Positions 11,897-24,829 of a stretch of DNA of 46,122 nucleotides are shown piece after piece; within the stretch, counting starts at the first letter, position 1; the number at the start of each line of letters is the position of its first letter. A program made the position numbers and the translations under genes. The notes beneath the pieces were generated by a model. The model saw only the letters and a list, made by a program, of their open reading frames with translations. It was not told the DNA's origin and ran no database searches. The stretch covers positions 49,629,744-49,675,865 of the forward strand of contig NC_068981.1 in NCBI RefSeq assembly GCF_001194135.2, given 5' to 3'. Source of the stretch: Octopus bimaculoides (taxonomy: Eukaryota).

Positions 11897-12650
11897 AGGC
11901 CATGCCTTGTAGTGCTGTTATCCATGTACTATGCATACTTGTAAACCCCGTTGTTTTGGTGTTTAGTGCTTCCATGTAGCTTGATACCACCTAAGATATC
12001 TATCATTAGAGATACAGAATCAGTTTTGAGGTTCCATATTCAGATTATCTCTGCAGAGATTATTACAATTGGAAAAAAAATTGTAGTTCTTGGGGTGATG
12101 CGTTATCAACTGTTAATGTTGGTGTGTCGATTAGGAGGCAATTGTTCTCCTGCTAGCCATTCACAACTGTAACTCCTTGAATCACCTTAATTTTCCTGTA
12201 TCTGTGACCTTTTCTGGCGTGTGCTTATACCATCTTTTTTCTGTTGTTATTCCATAGTGTTGGCATAGCTTCCAGTGTATGTAGGTCCAAGCTCTGTCGT
12301 GTCTGTGAATATATTCCTTCTTAGCCAGGACTGGGTGGCCAAAGATAATATGATTTATTGTTTCTTGTCCATCTCCACATATTCTGCAGTTACTTATGTT
12401 TCTTTTCATTATATGTGTTTAGTAATTTCTGGTGGAGATGCTTTGGTATTGTGCAGCAATTAAAAATCGTTCAGTCTCTGCTTTGAGACCTGAGCTTCTC
12501 AACCATTGCTGCGATTTTTCTTTGTCTATTTCTTTTACGTTTAGTTTAGCCCAGTATTTACCATGTAGGGGCTTTTCTTCTCATCGTTTTATTATGATCC
12601 GTTGCTGTTCTAGTTTTAGTTTGGATTTCATTTGTTTTACAGCTTTTGTT
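11894..12650 (-). mobile_element. R4/Dong-like non-LTR retrotransposon fragment (CCHC zinc knuckle plus restriction-like endonuclease)
   Basis: Peptides KPLHGKYW...QWLRSSGLKAETE.FLIAAQ.Q, CRICGDGQETINHII.G.PVLAKKEYIHRHD...YIHWKLC.HYG...WY.H.PEKV and LLID. Degenerate with frameshifts. Confidence 0.85.
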
Positions 12651-12704
12651 TTTTCTTCTTACTCTTCTTCTTCTTCATATTTATTAGGTAGTATGATTAC
12701 TTGT

Positions 12705-12732
12705 TTGTTTATTGTTATTATGATCATTATTA

Positions 12733-12812
<80 letters not shown>

Positions 12813-12830
12813 AATAATATTATTATTATT
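12705..12830. repeat. (ATT)n microsatellite; tail of the adjacent element
   Basis: Direct reading of the sequence. Confidence 0.95.
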
Positions 12831-13360
12831 GAGTGAGAGAGCAGCGAATGTCAATAATGTGACACTGGAGTAACATATCCATAGCCCAATATAACCATCA
12901 TGACTACCCCTCCGATGAGGATACACCAGGCATATGCATCACAAAAATATGTGCACGACAGAGTGACCTCGCATCAAAATTAACAGAGCATAACATTGCA
13001 GGTGGGGCCCAGTCAGAATTTTCTTCGAGTTGGCTGGCCATCCCGCTCAAATGGTCACTGAATAAGCTTTATTTAAGGATGATGAACGGAAGACTATTGT
13101 TTCCAGGGGTGAATTATGCCAACACTTAAGAATTCCTCTCAACACATGGCTATGATGCAATCTAAGTGCACGTGATCAGAGATGCACACATCATCAGCCA
13201 CTAACTGACATGTTCAACTTTTCAAGGTGCAACAACCGACAAGAAAATCTGTGGTATTGACCAGAATATTTGCTGTAACCCATCTTTTATACCAGGATAC
13301 ATCATATGCATGATAACACTTCCGAAGATCCGAAGCCATAAGAGCCAGTATTGCATCAGG
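12831..13360 (-). mobile_element. ~530 bp non-coding SINE-like element with (TAA)n tail, copy 1
   Basis: Colinear with 13667-14220. Shared blocks include GAGTGAGAGAGCA, GCATCACAAAAATATGTGCACGAC and AGAATTCCTCTCAACACATGGCTATGATG. Confidence 0.75.
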
Positions 13361-13399
13361 TCAACTTATTGTTGGTATTGTTGATTTTGTTGTTGCTGT

Positions 13400-13590
13400 T
13401 TTCCTATTTATTCCAATTTCAAATTTTAGGGAATTGTATTTTCTTTGTTATATTCCGTTTCTTAACGATCCTGGAATCAAATTGGCATGGTGGATCGATT
13501 CGTAAGAAACTTTGCGTCTCCTTATCTATGACTGTAATGTCTGGTCTATTCTTTCCTGACTTTTGGTCCGTTTGAATAGGGGAGTCAGTG
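13400..13590 (-). mobile_element. Second RLE endonuclease fragment (R4/Dong-like)
   Basis: Minus-strand peptide SPIQTDQKVRKNRPDITVIDKETQSFLRIDPPCQFDSRI matches the RPD..ID..P RLE motif. Confidence 0.75.
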
Positions 13591-13599
13591 ATTAAAACA

Positions 13600-13666
<67 letters not shown>

Positions 13667-14220
13667 GAGTGAGAGAGCATTGCATGCCATCAAAGTGACA
13701 CGGGTAAAATATATGAAACCCATTATACCCATCATGACTACCCGTCTCATAAGGGTACACGAGGCACATGCATCACAAAAATATGTGCACGACATGGTGA
13801 TCTTATATCAAGATAAACAGCGCATGACCACGCAGGTGGGGCCCAGTTAGAATTTTCTTCATGTCGAGTAGCCCATCCTGCTAAAAGATCCCTGAATAGG
13901 GTTTGTTTAGGGACGTTGAGCAAAGCATCCATGTTTCCAAAAGTGAATTATTCAAACCCCAAAGAATTCCTCTCAACACATGGCTATGATGTTCCCTCTC
14001 TACTTCTGCTCATGGTCAAAGATGCACATATCGTCAGTCACCAAGGGACATGCTCAACTGATTAAGTTCAAACAACTGACAAGCAAATCTCTGGTATTAA
14101 GCAGAATATTTGCTGTTGCCCATCTTTTATACCAAGACAAAACAATGTACATGATAGCACTTCCAATCAATTAAGATGAGAAGCCTTGAGAGCCACAGCC
14201 TGGTACTGCCTCAGGGCATT
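13667..14220 (-). mobile_element. ~550 bp non-coding SINE-like element with (TAA)n tail, copy 2
   Basis: Homologous to 12831-13360. Flanked by (ATT)n on the left and (TTC)n(TTA)n on the right. Confidence 0.75.
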
Positions 14221-14377
<157 letters not shown>

Positions 14378-16031
14378 NNNNNNNNNNNNNNNNNNNNNNN
14401 NNNNNNNNNNNNNNNNNNNNNNNNNNNNNNNNNNNNNNNNNNNNNNNNNNNNNNNNNNNNNNNNNNNNNNNNNNNNNNNNNNNNNNNNNNNNNNNNNNNN
14501 NNNNNNNNNNNNNNNNNNNNNNNNNNNNNNNNNNNNNNNNNNNNNNNNNNNNNNNNNNNNNNNNNNNNNNNNNNNNNNNNNNNNNNNNNNNNNNNNNNNN
14601 NNNNNNNNNNNNNNNNNNNNNNNNNNNNNNNNNNNNNNNNNNNNNNNNNNNNNNNNNNNNNNNNNNNNNNNNNNNNNNNNNNNNNNTTCGTATGTGTGGT
14701 ATTTTCTTGTGTATACGTGTTCATATGTTTTGATAACATCCAAAACATCAATTATTAAAGTGATTTGTTTCAGCATTTAAGTCCCGCATTTCAGATTGAT
14801 TTTAAGGATTATGGTTTCTATTGGTTTGGGAATAAAATGCTTTTCCTTACGTAAGCCGCTCAGGTGTTGAATCTAGGTCTGTGAGTATCTAATTGAAATT
14901 CTCTTCCAGCACATTACACGTCACTTAAATATTTTAAGTATAGTATATCTTGTGTCATGTTTACTTCTAATTGATTTATTTTTTGCAGGATCTCATATAG
15001 TTTTGCTGTTGTAAAGTTCGACAAAAGCTGATCGACGGCTGTGTGTCCGATAATGTTCTTTTTGTATCATCATAATAATAATCATCATCATCGTCGACGT
15101 CGTCGTACTCCTACACCTTCAATTTTTTATCATCATCATTATCAGCATTACTATTACCATTATTTTTATTGAATAAGCTATATGCGTGTACAATGATACT
15201 TGACCTATCCTTCTTCACTGGGACGTGAGAAAACCTTTCGATGCGGATATAGTCACCAACGTTCACATATATATATTTAAGTACAATAGATACACGCAGA
15301 CACAAATATCTATATACACATGCACATACGTATACAGTAAAGAAAATATTCAGTTAGTATCACAATTATGCTAATCAGATAAACGCATTAGGATCGAAAT
15401 ATATAACATTTTCATTACTGTGGCACAGAAAATGCCAATGCGTAATAGCGACTTGCATCTATCGTAATAATAGCAGCGGTTCACGATCTATTTAATAAAG
15501 TTTAGAAAACATTGTTTGTACAAATAAATCATGAATATTATTTTAATTTCAAAGTGATACTGAATAGAATGACAAAAATTAGCTCAGCGTGAAATATGTA
15601 GGTAAATTCTATAAAACGGAAGCGGCTTATTGAAAAGGTAAGATTATAGATATGTTTCATCTCAATACACCACTAATTTTTCAATCGGATGCTGTTTCAC
15701 TAAACTTAAATTTTATATCTTTTATATGAATATACATTTTTATAATTAAGCAGTTGTGTTACACTATAAAACAGTGCTTGAATTTCAGAAACAATTTTGG
15801 GAAAAGATATCTGCGTAGACACCAACATTTTTCCCTATAGGTCAAAGTGGACATAGTAGAAATTAACTATTTTCTGAACGAAGATACACGGAGATATATT
15901 TCTAATTAAGACTATTTTTATTGCATTACAGTATTTATTTATTCCAATAAACCAAATGAAATTTGTGTCTGATAATGTAACCCATAATAATCTATACACA
16001 CATACACTTATACATAAATATATACATAAAT

Positions 16032-16238
16032 CTGCAGGTACTCTATCCAGAATGCAAGCTCATGTTTATACCTGCAATTATTGAGGCAATGGGATATGTA
16101 ACACACTGCCTCAATGCCAATCAAGAGAGATTAGGCTTCTTAAAACCAGAAAAGAAAATACTGATTCAAGAACTACAGATCCAAGCCATCAATGAGACTC
16201 TAAAATCTGTAAAACTTTCATTTAAGTATATATATTAG
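16032..16238 (+). mobile_element. C-terminal fragment of an RLE-type non-LTR retrotransposon ORF
   Basis: LQVLYPECKLMFIPAIIEAMGYVTHCL...LGFLKPEKKILIQELQIQAINETLKSVK resembles the P(I/V)IIGALG...LQ...GT.KI tail of RLE elements. Confidence 0.65.
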
Positions 16239-16569
16239 CATGTCTGGATATGCAAATATATGCATCAGTAGGCATTCATAAAAGAAAACATACAAATCTG
16301 CACGTACACATACATGCAAAATTACCCCGTTTATGTTGTTGAAATTCCAATCAAGGAGCCTCATATATAGATTTAGAAGCCGGGATTTAAAATAAAACTG
16401 AATAAACTGAATAATTACATACATACGTATACCTATATATACATTCATGTAACCTAAACAGAAAATAAAGCAATATTTATTTTCATACACAGCCCTAATA
16501 ATAATTTAAATTTTGCACAAAGAATATAATTTCGCGGGACGGGATGAGGCGACATTATCAACTGCAGCA

Positions 16570-16690
16570 TTAAACTTGTATCTCGCAGAATGAACTTGAA
16601 AGGATGAAAGGTAAAGCAGACCTTTAAACTCAGAACGTGAAGATGGATGAAATGCCGGTAAGCACTACGACCGATTCTGCCAGCACGTAG
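16570..16690 (-). mobile_element. tRNA-type SINE fragment
   Basis: GAAAGGATGAAAGGTAAAG...AACTCAGAACGT is the reverse complement of the motif in the SINE copy at 37400-37591. Confidence 0.65.
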
Positions 16691-17227
16691 TTTTAATCAG
16701 AGCCCTAGTCTTATTTTACATTTTTCAAGAAATCTTACGTAGCACTGATTCACTTTCTTCTCAATATGTTCAAAGATGCATTGGCAGGAACAATCATATT
16801 TAGACTTCTTATACAAAACTGGAAAGTTCATATCCTTTCGCAATCTTCAAATTCAATAAACCACTTGAAATCGTGGTCTGCAAATCGTTAGCGACATATG
16901 GAGACAAAAATCGTATTTTCAACTATGTCTTCTATATCGAATACTTAGTTTTCAAGCGATGGTCGGGGTAACAACATAGATAAACACAAACACATACATC
17001 CATATATNNNNNNNNNNNNNNNNNNNNNNNNNNNNNNNNNNNNNNNNNNNNNNNNNNNNNNNNNNNNNNNNNNNNNNNNNNNNNNNNNNNNNNNNNNNNN
17101 NNNNNNNNNNNNNNNNNNNNNNNNNNNNNNNNNNNNNNNNNNNNNNNNNNNNNNNNNNNNNNNNNNNNNNNNNNNNNNNNNNNNNNNNNNNNNNNNNNNN
17201 NNNNNNNNNNNNNNNNNNNNNNNNNNN

Positions 17228-17266
<39 letters not shown>

Positions 17267-17394
17267 TACACGTATATATGTATATCTATATGTGTACATA
17301 TATACTTTATTTAAAATACAGAAATACCTATAATATAATATAAAATATTTATATACATAGACAAATGTATATACATATGAATATATATATGCGA

Positions 17395-17735
17395 TATATA
17401 GGTTTGGTCTGTTAGCTGGATTCCGGCTCCTCCAAATTCTGTCGGAGTGTGCGGTGTATTTCTCTTGGGTTGGCCTACTTAATGCAAAATAATAAGCGTA
17501 TATTACTTCTTTATATTCTCCCCGGTTCCATTTAGTTCTATTACATTTTTGATTTTGTGGGCGTTGTGGTGGTGATCTTTGGGGGCTTAATTTGGCACAA
17601 ATCCCGTTTAAGTGACCTTCCATGTTCGAATTCAGGGATGATATTCTGCCATTTGAAAATGTTTCACTGTCAGGCTGACAGCCTCATGGCAGGCGCGCTT
17701 CCAGAATAAACATTCGACAAGTAATTCCTTGTACT
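17395..17735 (-). mobile_element. 5' end (5' UTR plus ORF N-terminus) of an R4/Dong-like element
   Basis: MEGHLNG...RTKWNRGEYKEVIYAYYFALSRP..EKYT...RIWRSRNP resembles the KW..EE...V..YY...P...W N-terminal motif of this group. Confidence 0.6.
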
Positions 17736-17879
17736 GTTTGAAATTTTCTTTTCTTTTTAAGAAAAGTTAAGTTATTACTAAATTTTAATTTTTTTTGAAT
17801 TTTTATTTATTTATTTTATTTTAATTTTATGTATTTTTTAACCACTAAACTTCATACAGGGGCTGCATTTATCATCATT

Positions 17880-18118
17880 AGCAGGAGCAGCAGCACCAGT
17901 AGTTGTAATAGCAACAGCAATATCACTATCAGCAGCAGCGGCAGTGGTAATAGTAGTAGTAGTAGTAATAGTAGTAGTAGTAGTAGTAGTAGTAGCAGTA
18001 GTAGCAGCAGTAGTGGCAGCAGTGGTAGTAATAGTAGCAGCAGTGACAGCAGCAGCAGTGGTAGCAGTAGCTGTAATAGGAGCAACAGCAGCAGCAGCAA
18101 CAGTAGTAGTAGTAGTAA

Positions 18119-18160
<42 letters not shown>

Positions 18161-18276
18161 CAGTAGTAGCAGCAGTAGTGGCAGCAGTGGTAGTAATAGT
18201 AGCAGCAGTAACAGCAGCAGCAGTGGTAGCAGTAGCTGTAATAGGAGCAACATCAGCAGCAACAGTAGTAGTAGTT

Positions 18277-18316
<40 letters not shown>

Positions 18317-18323
18317 CAGCAGC

Positions 18324-18355
<32 letters not shown>
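17880..18355. repeat. Complex (AGT/AGC)n microsatellite with a 165 bp higher-order duplication
   Basis: Marker AGCTGTAATAGGAGCAACA at 18069 and at 18234. The poly-S/T/L/V ORFs here are repeat artefacts. Confidence 0.9.
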
Positions 18356-18691
18356 NNNNNNNNNNNNNNNNNNNNNNNNNNNNNNNNNNNNNNNNNNNNN
18401 NNNNNNNNNNNNNNNNNNNNNNNNNNNNNNNNNNNNNNNNNNNNNNNNNNNNNNNNNNNNNNNNNNNNNNNNNNNNNNNNNNNNNNNNNNNNNNNNNNNN
18501 NNNNNNNNNNNNNNNNNNNNNNNNNNNNNNNNNNNNNNNNNNNNNNNNNNNNNNNNNNNNNNNNNNNNNNNNNNNNNNNNNNNNNNNNNNNNNNNNNNNN
18601 NNNNNNNNNNNNNNNNNNNNNNNNNNNNNNNNNNNNNNNNNNNNNNNNNNNNNNNNNNNNNNNNNNNNNNNNNNNNNNNNNNNNNNNNNNN

Positions 18692-18782
<91 letters not shown>

Positions 18783-19308
18783 GCAGCATTGTAATTTTAC
18801 GTATCTGAACATATTTAAACATCGATATTTTCACACAGGGTATAAAGGTATAGAAGGCATATTATTCCTCTTTAGGCAGTTCATCAGTTATGTTAGTTTA
18901 AAGGCTATCATCAAGTACCTTTATGTTTGCATATTTTACTGACTCATGTTTGCGTTCCCAGGGTATCACACAGGAATATAGAGATCCGGTCTTAAACCGA
19001 TTGGATCGGACTGTTTCGTTTCAGACCGCAAATTTACGGTCTTTTTGGCTTAATACCAAAAGATAGGAATAATGAATACGTCAGGTTGTACGAGTTTCAA
19101 GCATGTCAAAAGAAACTTTCGTGCTTCTCGTGTCGAAATTGGTATCAGCTCTCAAGTTACCCCCCTTACAACGCCCTCCAAAATCCTATGTTTTTAACTA
19201 TTTTGGTAATGCATTGTGACCACTCTTTCACAGAAATTTCAAGAATTTTACATCGTCTGTCAATGAAAATAAAATCACGAATTTGCTGCAGCTTCGTTAG
19301 AGTAACGC

Positions 19309-19344
<36 letters not shown>

Positions 19345-19489
19345 CGCAGTGTGATGTGACTGGTTTAGATGAGCCGGTCGCTATACTCAACTGTATCATA
19401 TCCCTAAGCAACCTGCAGATCTCTGTAATTTCTGACAGCCTCCTGCACCACTGTGACATGTTACCACTGCTCAAATTGCTGCCATGTAA

Positions 19490-19695
19490 AGGGCAGAATC
19501 GTTACAACACCGGAAAATATGCTTAGTGGCATTTCTTGATTATACGTCCTCAGTTCAAATGCTACTGGAGATGACTTGTTCTTACATCCATTTATGTCCG
19601 ATCAAATAAATTTCAGTCGAGCACTGGGGATCGATGTAATTTACTATACCCTTCCCCCAAACACTCAGGAGTGATCCTATATTAGAACAGAGTAT
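19490..19695 (+). mobile_element. Diverged tRNA-type SINE
   Basis: GGCAGAATCGTTA...ATGCTTAGTGGCATTTC...GTTCAAAT...GAGCACTGGGGATCGATGTAAT; same family as 37400-37591. Confidence 0.7.
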
Positions 19696-20384
19696 TGCTG
19701 CAATGGGCAAGAATTCAGATAGAGGAAGAAACCATCTACTAATATACGCATTTGGAACAATATATGTGAGCAAATTAAAACCGTTAAACCAGTTTTGCTT
19801 TACTTTCTGTGCGTGATTATGTATGTAAAAATTTTCTCACGCACACACACACGCACATACATATATAAATATATATATTATGGAGAGAGGAGGGAGAGGG
19901 AAAGGGAGAGAAAGATTAAGGGTTGAAAGGAAATGAGAACGGTACACAACTGATTAAATTCTAAGTATTAAGAAACTGTTGTTGATGTTACAAAATGCGA
20001 TAAAATTATTCTGGTAGCGGATATATATTAGAGTAAGATTTAAACGAGAAGAGAATTCTTAGTCAGATTATCATGTAGGAAAATGAAATATTTTTGTGTT
20101 GATGCTATACGCATTGTTCACGATGTATTCGACTTTGGATTATTGATCATAATTATGTAATCTCGACATATGTCTGTATTCATTTCATAATTTTCGATTG
20201 AAAACAGAATGATGATATTATATATATTTCTTCATACAAAGATATATTATATTTGAGGAATATTGAGTATGCAAAAGAGATTTTCTAGAGAACAATACTA
20301 AGGATTGATAAGTGAGACTGTATCACATACCATACAAATGCATTTCAATATACACGTATAAGTTTGCATAAATATGTACTTCCC

Positions 20385-20541
<157 letters not shown>

Positions 20542-21107
20542 AAATATAATATATTTTCATATGTGAGTATATATGTATATACGTACATATATATGTATGT
20601 GTATGCATGTGTCTCATGTGTGCTTCTCGTATCATTGAATCCAGTACAACCTGAATAATTGGTAACAAAGCCAACACCATCACTAGACTTGTATCTTGAG
20701 GATAGTTGCTAGAAAACCAGCGATACTGAAAAAAAGATCTGGTAAGATCGAAACGAATCTAGTGTAGGTTAAATGACTATCTAGCAGTAGTATGGACCGT
20801 CAGAAAGTTTTGGTTGCTTTTGGCCTGAAGGAAGACCAATGGAAGTGAGCTACTCTTGAGCTTTATTAAAGCATGTCATTAGGAGAAGGTCAGTATGTTA
20901 TACAGCTGAATATGCAAGGAATAGTGCAGAATATTTTTGAAATCATTTGGTTGCAATTCAGCTCATGTCGTTCCCATATTGCAGAATCTACCACACACAT
21001 CAAACTAGATATGTCGCTGGATCTTATAAGGGAGTAATTGTCTTATCATGCGAGCCTTATTAGACTTCAAATGTTAGGCTGTTTAATCACTATAGTGGGG
21101 AAATATC

Positions 21108-21147
<40 letters not shown>

Positions 21148-21150
<3 letters not shown>

Positions 21151-21527
21151 AGTAAAAATAAATACAAAAAAAGGGGGTTGTGTATGATTGTGTATAGAGG
21201 AATATATTATTTTGTTTAAAAGAGTTCCAACACTGTCTGTTTTTTTATGTTTTATTTATATTCCTGAAAAACCAATGTGGGATATAGAATATGGAATATA
21301 CAATATATAATATAATAAACAATATATAATATAAAATAAAAATGGATGGTACTATGAAATAAAGTATTGAATGTCTTATTGAATATATGGAATATGTCTT
21401 ATCGAATAGATGAACTACTGAGTGTTCAATATAAAGGATTAAATATATAAATATATAAAGGCGAACATGTATTTTCTATACCTTGTGGTATTTCATCATG
21501 GCCGGTATGACAGACTTTAACAGACTA
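21148..21527 (-). mobile_element. Probable solo PLE pLTR-like repeat next to (TA)n
   Basis: 21148-21274 is near-identical to 33952-34079. A degenerate hammerhead-like motif lies on the minus strand at 21460-21503. Confidence 0.5.
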
Positions 21528-23561
21528 TATATACACTACACACGCACACACACAAACACACAGACACACAGACACACAGACATACACACACACACACACA
21601 CATACACACACACACACACACNNNNNNNNNNNNNNNNNNNNNNNNNNNNNNNNNNNNNNNNNNNNNNNNNNNNNNNNNNNNNNNNNNNNNNNNNNNNNNN
21701 NNNNNNNNNNNNNNNNNNNNNNNNNNNNNNNNNNNNNNNNNNNNNNNNNNNNNNNNNNNNNNNNNNNNNNNNNNNNNNNNNNNNNNNNNNNNNNNNNNNN
21801 NNNNNNNNNNNNNNNNNNNNNNNNNNNNNNNNNNNNNNNNNNNNNNNNNNNNNNNNNNNNNNNNNNNNNNNNNNNNNNNNNNNNNNNNNNNNNNNNNNNN
21901 NNNNNNNNNNNNNNNNNNNNNNNNNNNNNNNNNNNNNNNNNNNNNNNNNNNNNNNNNNNNNNNNNNNNNNNNNNNNNNNNNNNNNNNNNNNNNNNNNNNN
22001 NNNNNNNNNNNNNNNNNNNNNNNNNNNNNNNNNNNNNNNNNNNNNNNNNNNNNNNNNNNNNNCACCTTTAGTTTTCGGAATTCGTATTCACGTGCACTGG
22101 TTTCTCGTTTGATACAACTATCTTACTTTCATCAGCACGTATTCATCATTTGAAAAAAATTCCCAATCCGTTTAAATTTGCTGGCGTCCTGAATTGTTTT
22201 GTTCAGGACAGCCTCAATGTGAAAAAATGCTAATCAAGGGCATATAATCAGGATTGAATATTTATATAGATATTAATATTGTTTTATTATCGAAGGCATA
22301 AATAAATAGTTAATAATACGAGCAACATTAATATAGGTGATTGCATGCTTAAAATAGCAATATACATATATACCTATATATATTGTAAACGATGTCCCAG
22401 TATAGTCAAAATTTAATGACAAATAAATCTTAAATAATAAAAGCAAAAAATCACAAAATAATTTGCAGGCACATATGTGTGTGTAACTGTGTGCTTATGT
22501 GTATGGAAAAGAGGAGAATGAGAGAACAAATAAATCTGAGAGTTACATATTTCACTTTCGGTTTCCTCACTATTTTGACAATGCATCAATCACTGTTATA
22601 TATTACAACATATGTGAATTCGTGTTTCAAATTTTTTTATCATATTATTTCATCAAAATTGTCGAATTTCGGTTTATGCGGAAACGCAAACCACATTGAG
22701 TAACTTTATAATCAATTTTACTTATCATTTATTTTTATGTATACGTTACTTATTTTAAGGTGCGTAAATTAAAACTGTCATTCCTTACAGTGGTATGCTT
22801 TGTTAGCAATATATATGACAATATTGCTATTTATATTATTGAAATATAATGAATTATGTCAATGGTAAAATCAAATATATTTAACATTATGTTATCGTGG
22901 TTTTCATGCTGATATAGCATATCTATGTTGTTATAATAATATATTCAGTATATTCTACACTAGAAAATTTTAATCCATCTAAAAATACGTGAACTGAAAG
23001 GATGTATTGCTTATTCATGCGACAACCTCATTTATTTGTCTCTCTATTCTTCATTTGTCTGCCTGCGTATGTATGCATCACTCGAGCTGGCTAGCTAGGT
23101 AGCTATATCTATCATACTATCTCCTTAACTATCTTTCTCACGCTCTCTCATTCACCCCCCCCCCTCACGATCTCACGATGTTATTTTAGCTTGTGTATGT
23201 CTTTTTCTCACTCTACCTCTGTTCTATGTTGTACTCTTTCACTAGATTTCTTTCACCTCATTTTGCTGCTCTGTCTTAGGATACTTTTCTATCGCTCTTT
23301 TGCACTTTTCTCTCTCCCATCATAGTTCTCTTGCACTCATCACTGGCTCTGTTTCTCACTACATCTCTGTGACATGCTACCTGATTTTACTGGTGTTCTA
23401 CACAGCTCGTTTGCCATTGTTCTAAGTCTACCGTTTCTAAGCGCCGACACCCTGAGGATTCGCGAACGAAATTTAAGAGATGAAATTGGTTTGTCCTTTC
23501 ACTCAATTATCCTTGAAATCTTTCTCCATTATTATGGATCTTTGTCTAGTCAATCCTGTCT

Positions 23562-23607
<46 letters not shown>

Positions 23608-24154
23608 CTCTCTCTCTCTCTCTATCTCTCTCTCTCCATATGTAAACACACACATGCACATATACACTAAAGACGAAACATGACATCCATCTCGTCACGG
23701 TGATCTACGAAAATCTATCTTTGTTGCCTTTTCCTTTAATCTTACTATTGATGGTGCATCATGACCTACACTCCAGGCCCGGTACACAATAGAGCAACAT
23801 CCATCAAACATTCAATTGTATATTTACGAAAATAATACATAAATCTGTTTAAAATTCCTTATACACACAAAGAATATTATACATGTATTTACTTAGAAAC
23901 ACTTAGCAATGAAATTCTGCAGTTATTAATCAAGCCACCGTCCGCTAGCAATCGACACTAGCCCAGAGCAAATTTCCGAAATCCGTTGCATTCCTCGTTA
24001 TTTCTTTACATCTTTAGTAAATATTAGCAATTCTGAAAATTTTAAATAAATATAAACTACAAGCACAAAAATAGATAAATGCATAATAAACCAAATCTTG
24101 GTTTAATATTTGTGAATGCTAGCATGAAGGAAAATTTAATATTTATCTATGTAT

Positions 24155-24370
24155 ATGTGTGTGTGTCTTTGTGTCTATCTTTGTCCTTGACCACCGGTGT
24201 TGCTGCGTTGACTTCCCCGTACCTTAGAAGTTCTACAAAAGTGATCGGTAGAAGTAACAGGCTAAAAATGGGCTTGAGTCAATCTCACTTGACTAAACTT
24301 TCTCTCACATGGTGTCCCAGCATGGCCGCAGCTAGATTAGATGGCTGGAAGTAGTAAAAGGTAAAAGATA
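24155..24370 (+). mobile_element. 3' half of a diverged tRNA-type SINE
   Basis: CCCCGTACCTTAG...CCAGCATGGCCGCAG...GTAAAAGGTAAAAGATA matches the 3' half of 28481-28886. Confidence 0.7.
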
Positions 24371-24829
24371 AAAAAAATATATTCGTGTGGTAACCAAACT
24401 ATCATTGATTTCACTTTCAGAAAGATATACCTCAACAAATTCGCAGGTGTTTACACCTGGATTGCAAAAAGGAACACTTTCGTTATATTTTGCTTTTTCT
24501 TTATTTCCATTAAATAAGAAAGCAGCTGAGACTCAGAAGGAGGTATGTGGCGTTTGCGGGGTTGATTGCTTAAGAGAACGTACATGAATCTCCTGGGTCA
24601 ACTTTGTGAGAGACAGCAACAAGAATTGACTAATAATAATGTCTGTAAATTTATTTGAGTGGTCGAATACCATTGAAACAAACGAATCGTGTGAAGTTAT
24701 TTATTAATAAATATAAAAGAACGATACTATTTCTAAGAATAATATGATCCGTGGCCGCGAGAAGGAACACGTACAGGCAAATTAATGAATTATATATAAG
24801 ATATATAAATATCTTTATATATACTAGGG

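Noticed and set aside
14970-15020. Strong splice-acceptor-like TTTATTTTTTGCAG
   Set aside because: All three frames hit stops shortly after and there is no good donor.
23450-23480. CUGAGGA-UUCGCGAA-CGAAA motif
   Set aside because: No stem I partner after the putative cleavage site.
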